64,000 nt of DNA from a virus (taxonomy: Duplodnaviria; Caudoviricetes). The notes beneath the pieces were generated by a model. It was not told the origin of the DNA. It saw nothing but the letters and a program-made list of their open reading frames with translations, and made no database searches. Below, piece after piece: positions 63,844 to 64,000 of the stretch. The stretch covers positions 5,515 through 69,514 of IMG/VR virus record IMGVR_UViG_3300012952_000022; one strand, given 5' to 3'. How positions within the stretch are numbered: the first letter of the stretch is position 1; every line of letters begins with the position of its first letter. The position numbers and the translations under genes are program-made.

Positions 63844-63886
63844 TGCTAAGAGCACGTGATAATCAAGAAGTTTGGTTTTATACCCA

Positions 63887-63894
63887 ATACTTAG
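63887..63894 (+). promoter_or_regulatory. candidate late-promoter box ATACTTAG upstream of the sheath
   Basis: 42 nt before ATG 63929. Confidence 0.45.
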
Positions 63895-63928
63895 TAAAGA
63901 GTGACACAAGTCCAAGGAGAATCTTCTA

Positions 63929-64000
63929 ATGGCCGAACAGACATTCCGATCACCTGGATTTTTTGAACAGGAAATAGACTTATCCGCGAGAAAACAATCG
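63929..64000 (+). CDS. gp18: tail sheath protein, N-terminal 24 codons (runs off the window)
   Basis: AAGGAG RBS; MAEQTFRSPGFFEQEIDLS matches the xSPGVxxxExDLS sheath N-terminal signature. Confidence 0.8.
   Translation, partial: MAEQTFRSPGFFEQEIDLSARKQS

Noticed and set aside
1-64000. Stop-codon reassignment in active use (code 15 or code 4/25)
   Set aside because: Multi-kb ORFs are intact under code 11, and TAG stops are followed immediately by new starts (for example 1888/1891, 21824/21826). No gene is fragmented by TGA or TAG.
1-64000. CRISPR array, tRNA genes, inteins, group I introns
   Set aside because: Intergenic gaps are at most ~200 nt with no repeat-spacer pattern or cloverleaf. 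TerL and primase have ordinary lengths with no intein motifs seen.

Overview
The window is a single co-directional (+ strand) 64-kb block of a large T4-like myophage genome, probably jumbo-sized. Gene order: LamG-containing baseplate/fibre region with three giant acidic proteins (2731, 3912 and 1850 aa), a collagen-like fibre and three large basic proteins; RuvC-like resolvase; primase; a single-chain Mre11-Rad50 (gp47-gp46/SbcD-SbcC) fusion; large terminase; portal; prohead protease; six small head-cluster genes; scaffold; major capsid protein; two capsid-adjacent paralogs; neck proteins gp13 and gp14; tail terminator gp15; and the first 24 codons of the tail sheath. The most interesting observations are: (i) nested ('Russian-doll') insertion of a small set of shared modules into different structural proteins, with a paralog pair with and without the insert in the same window; (ii) a recurrent acidic Trp/Tyr micro-insert; (iii) Arg/Lys-rich patches grafted into loops; (iv) a tail-collar-fibre-like domain apparently split across genes; (v) a pseudoknot-like structured leader after the capsid terminator; (vi) no TGA stop among 33 genes; (vii) a candidate ATANTTA late-promoter box. 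All family assignments come from motif recognition by eye; no searches were run.
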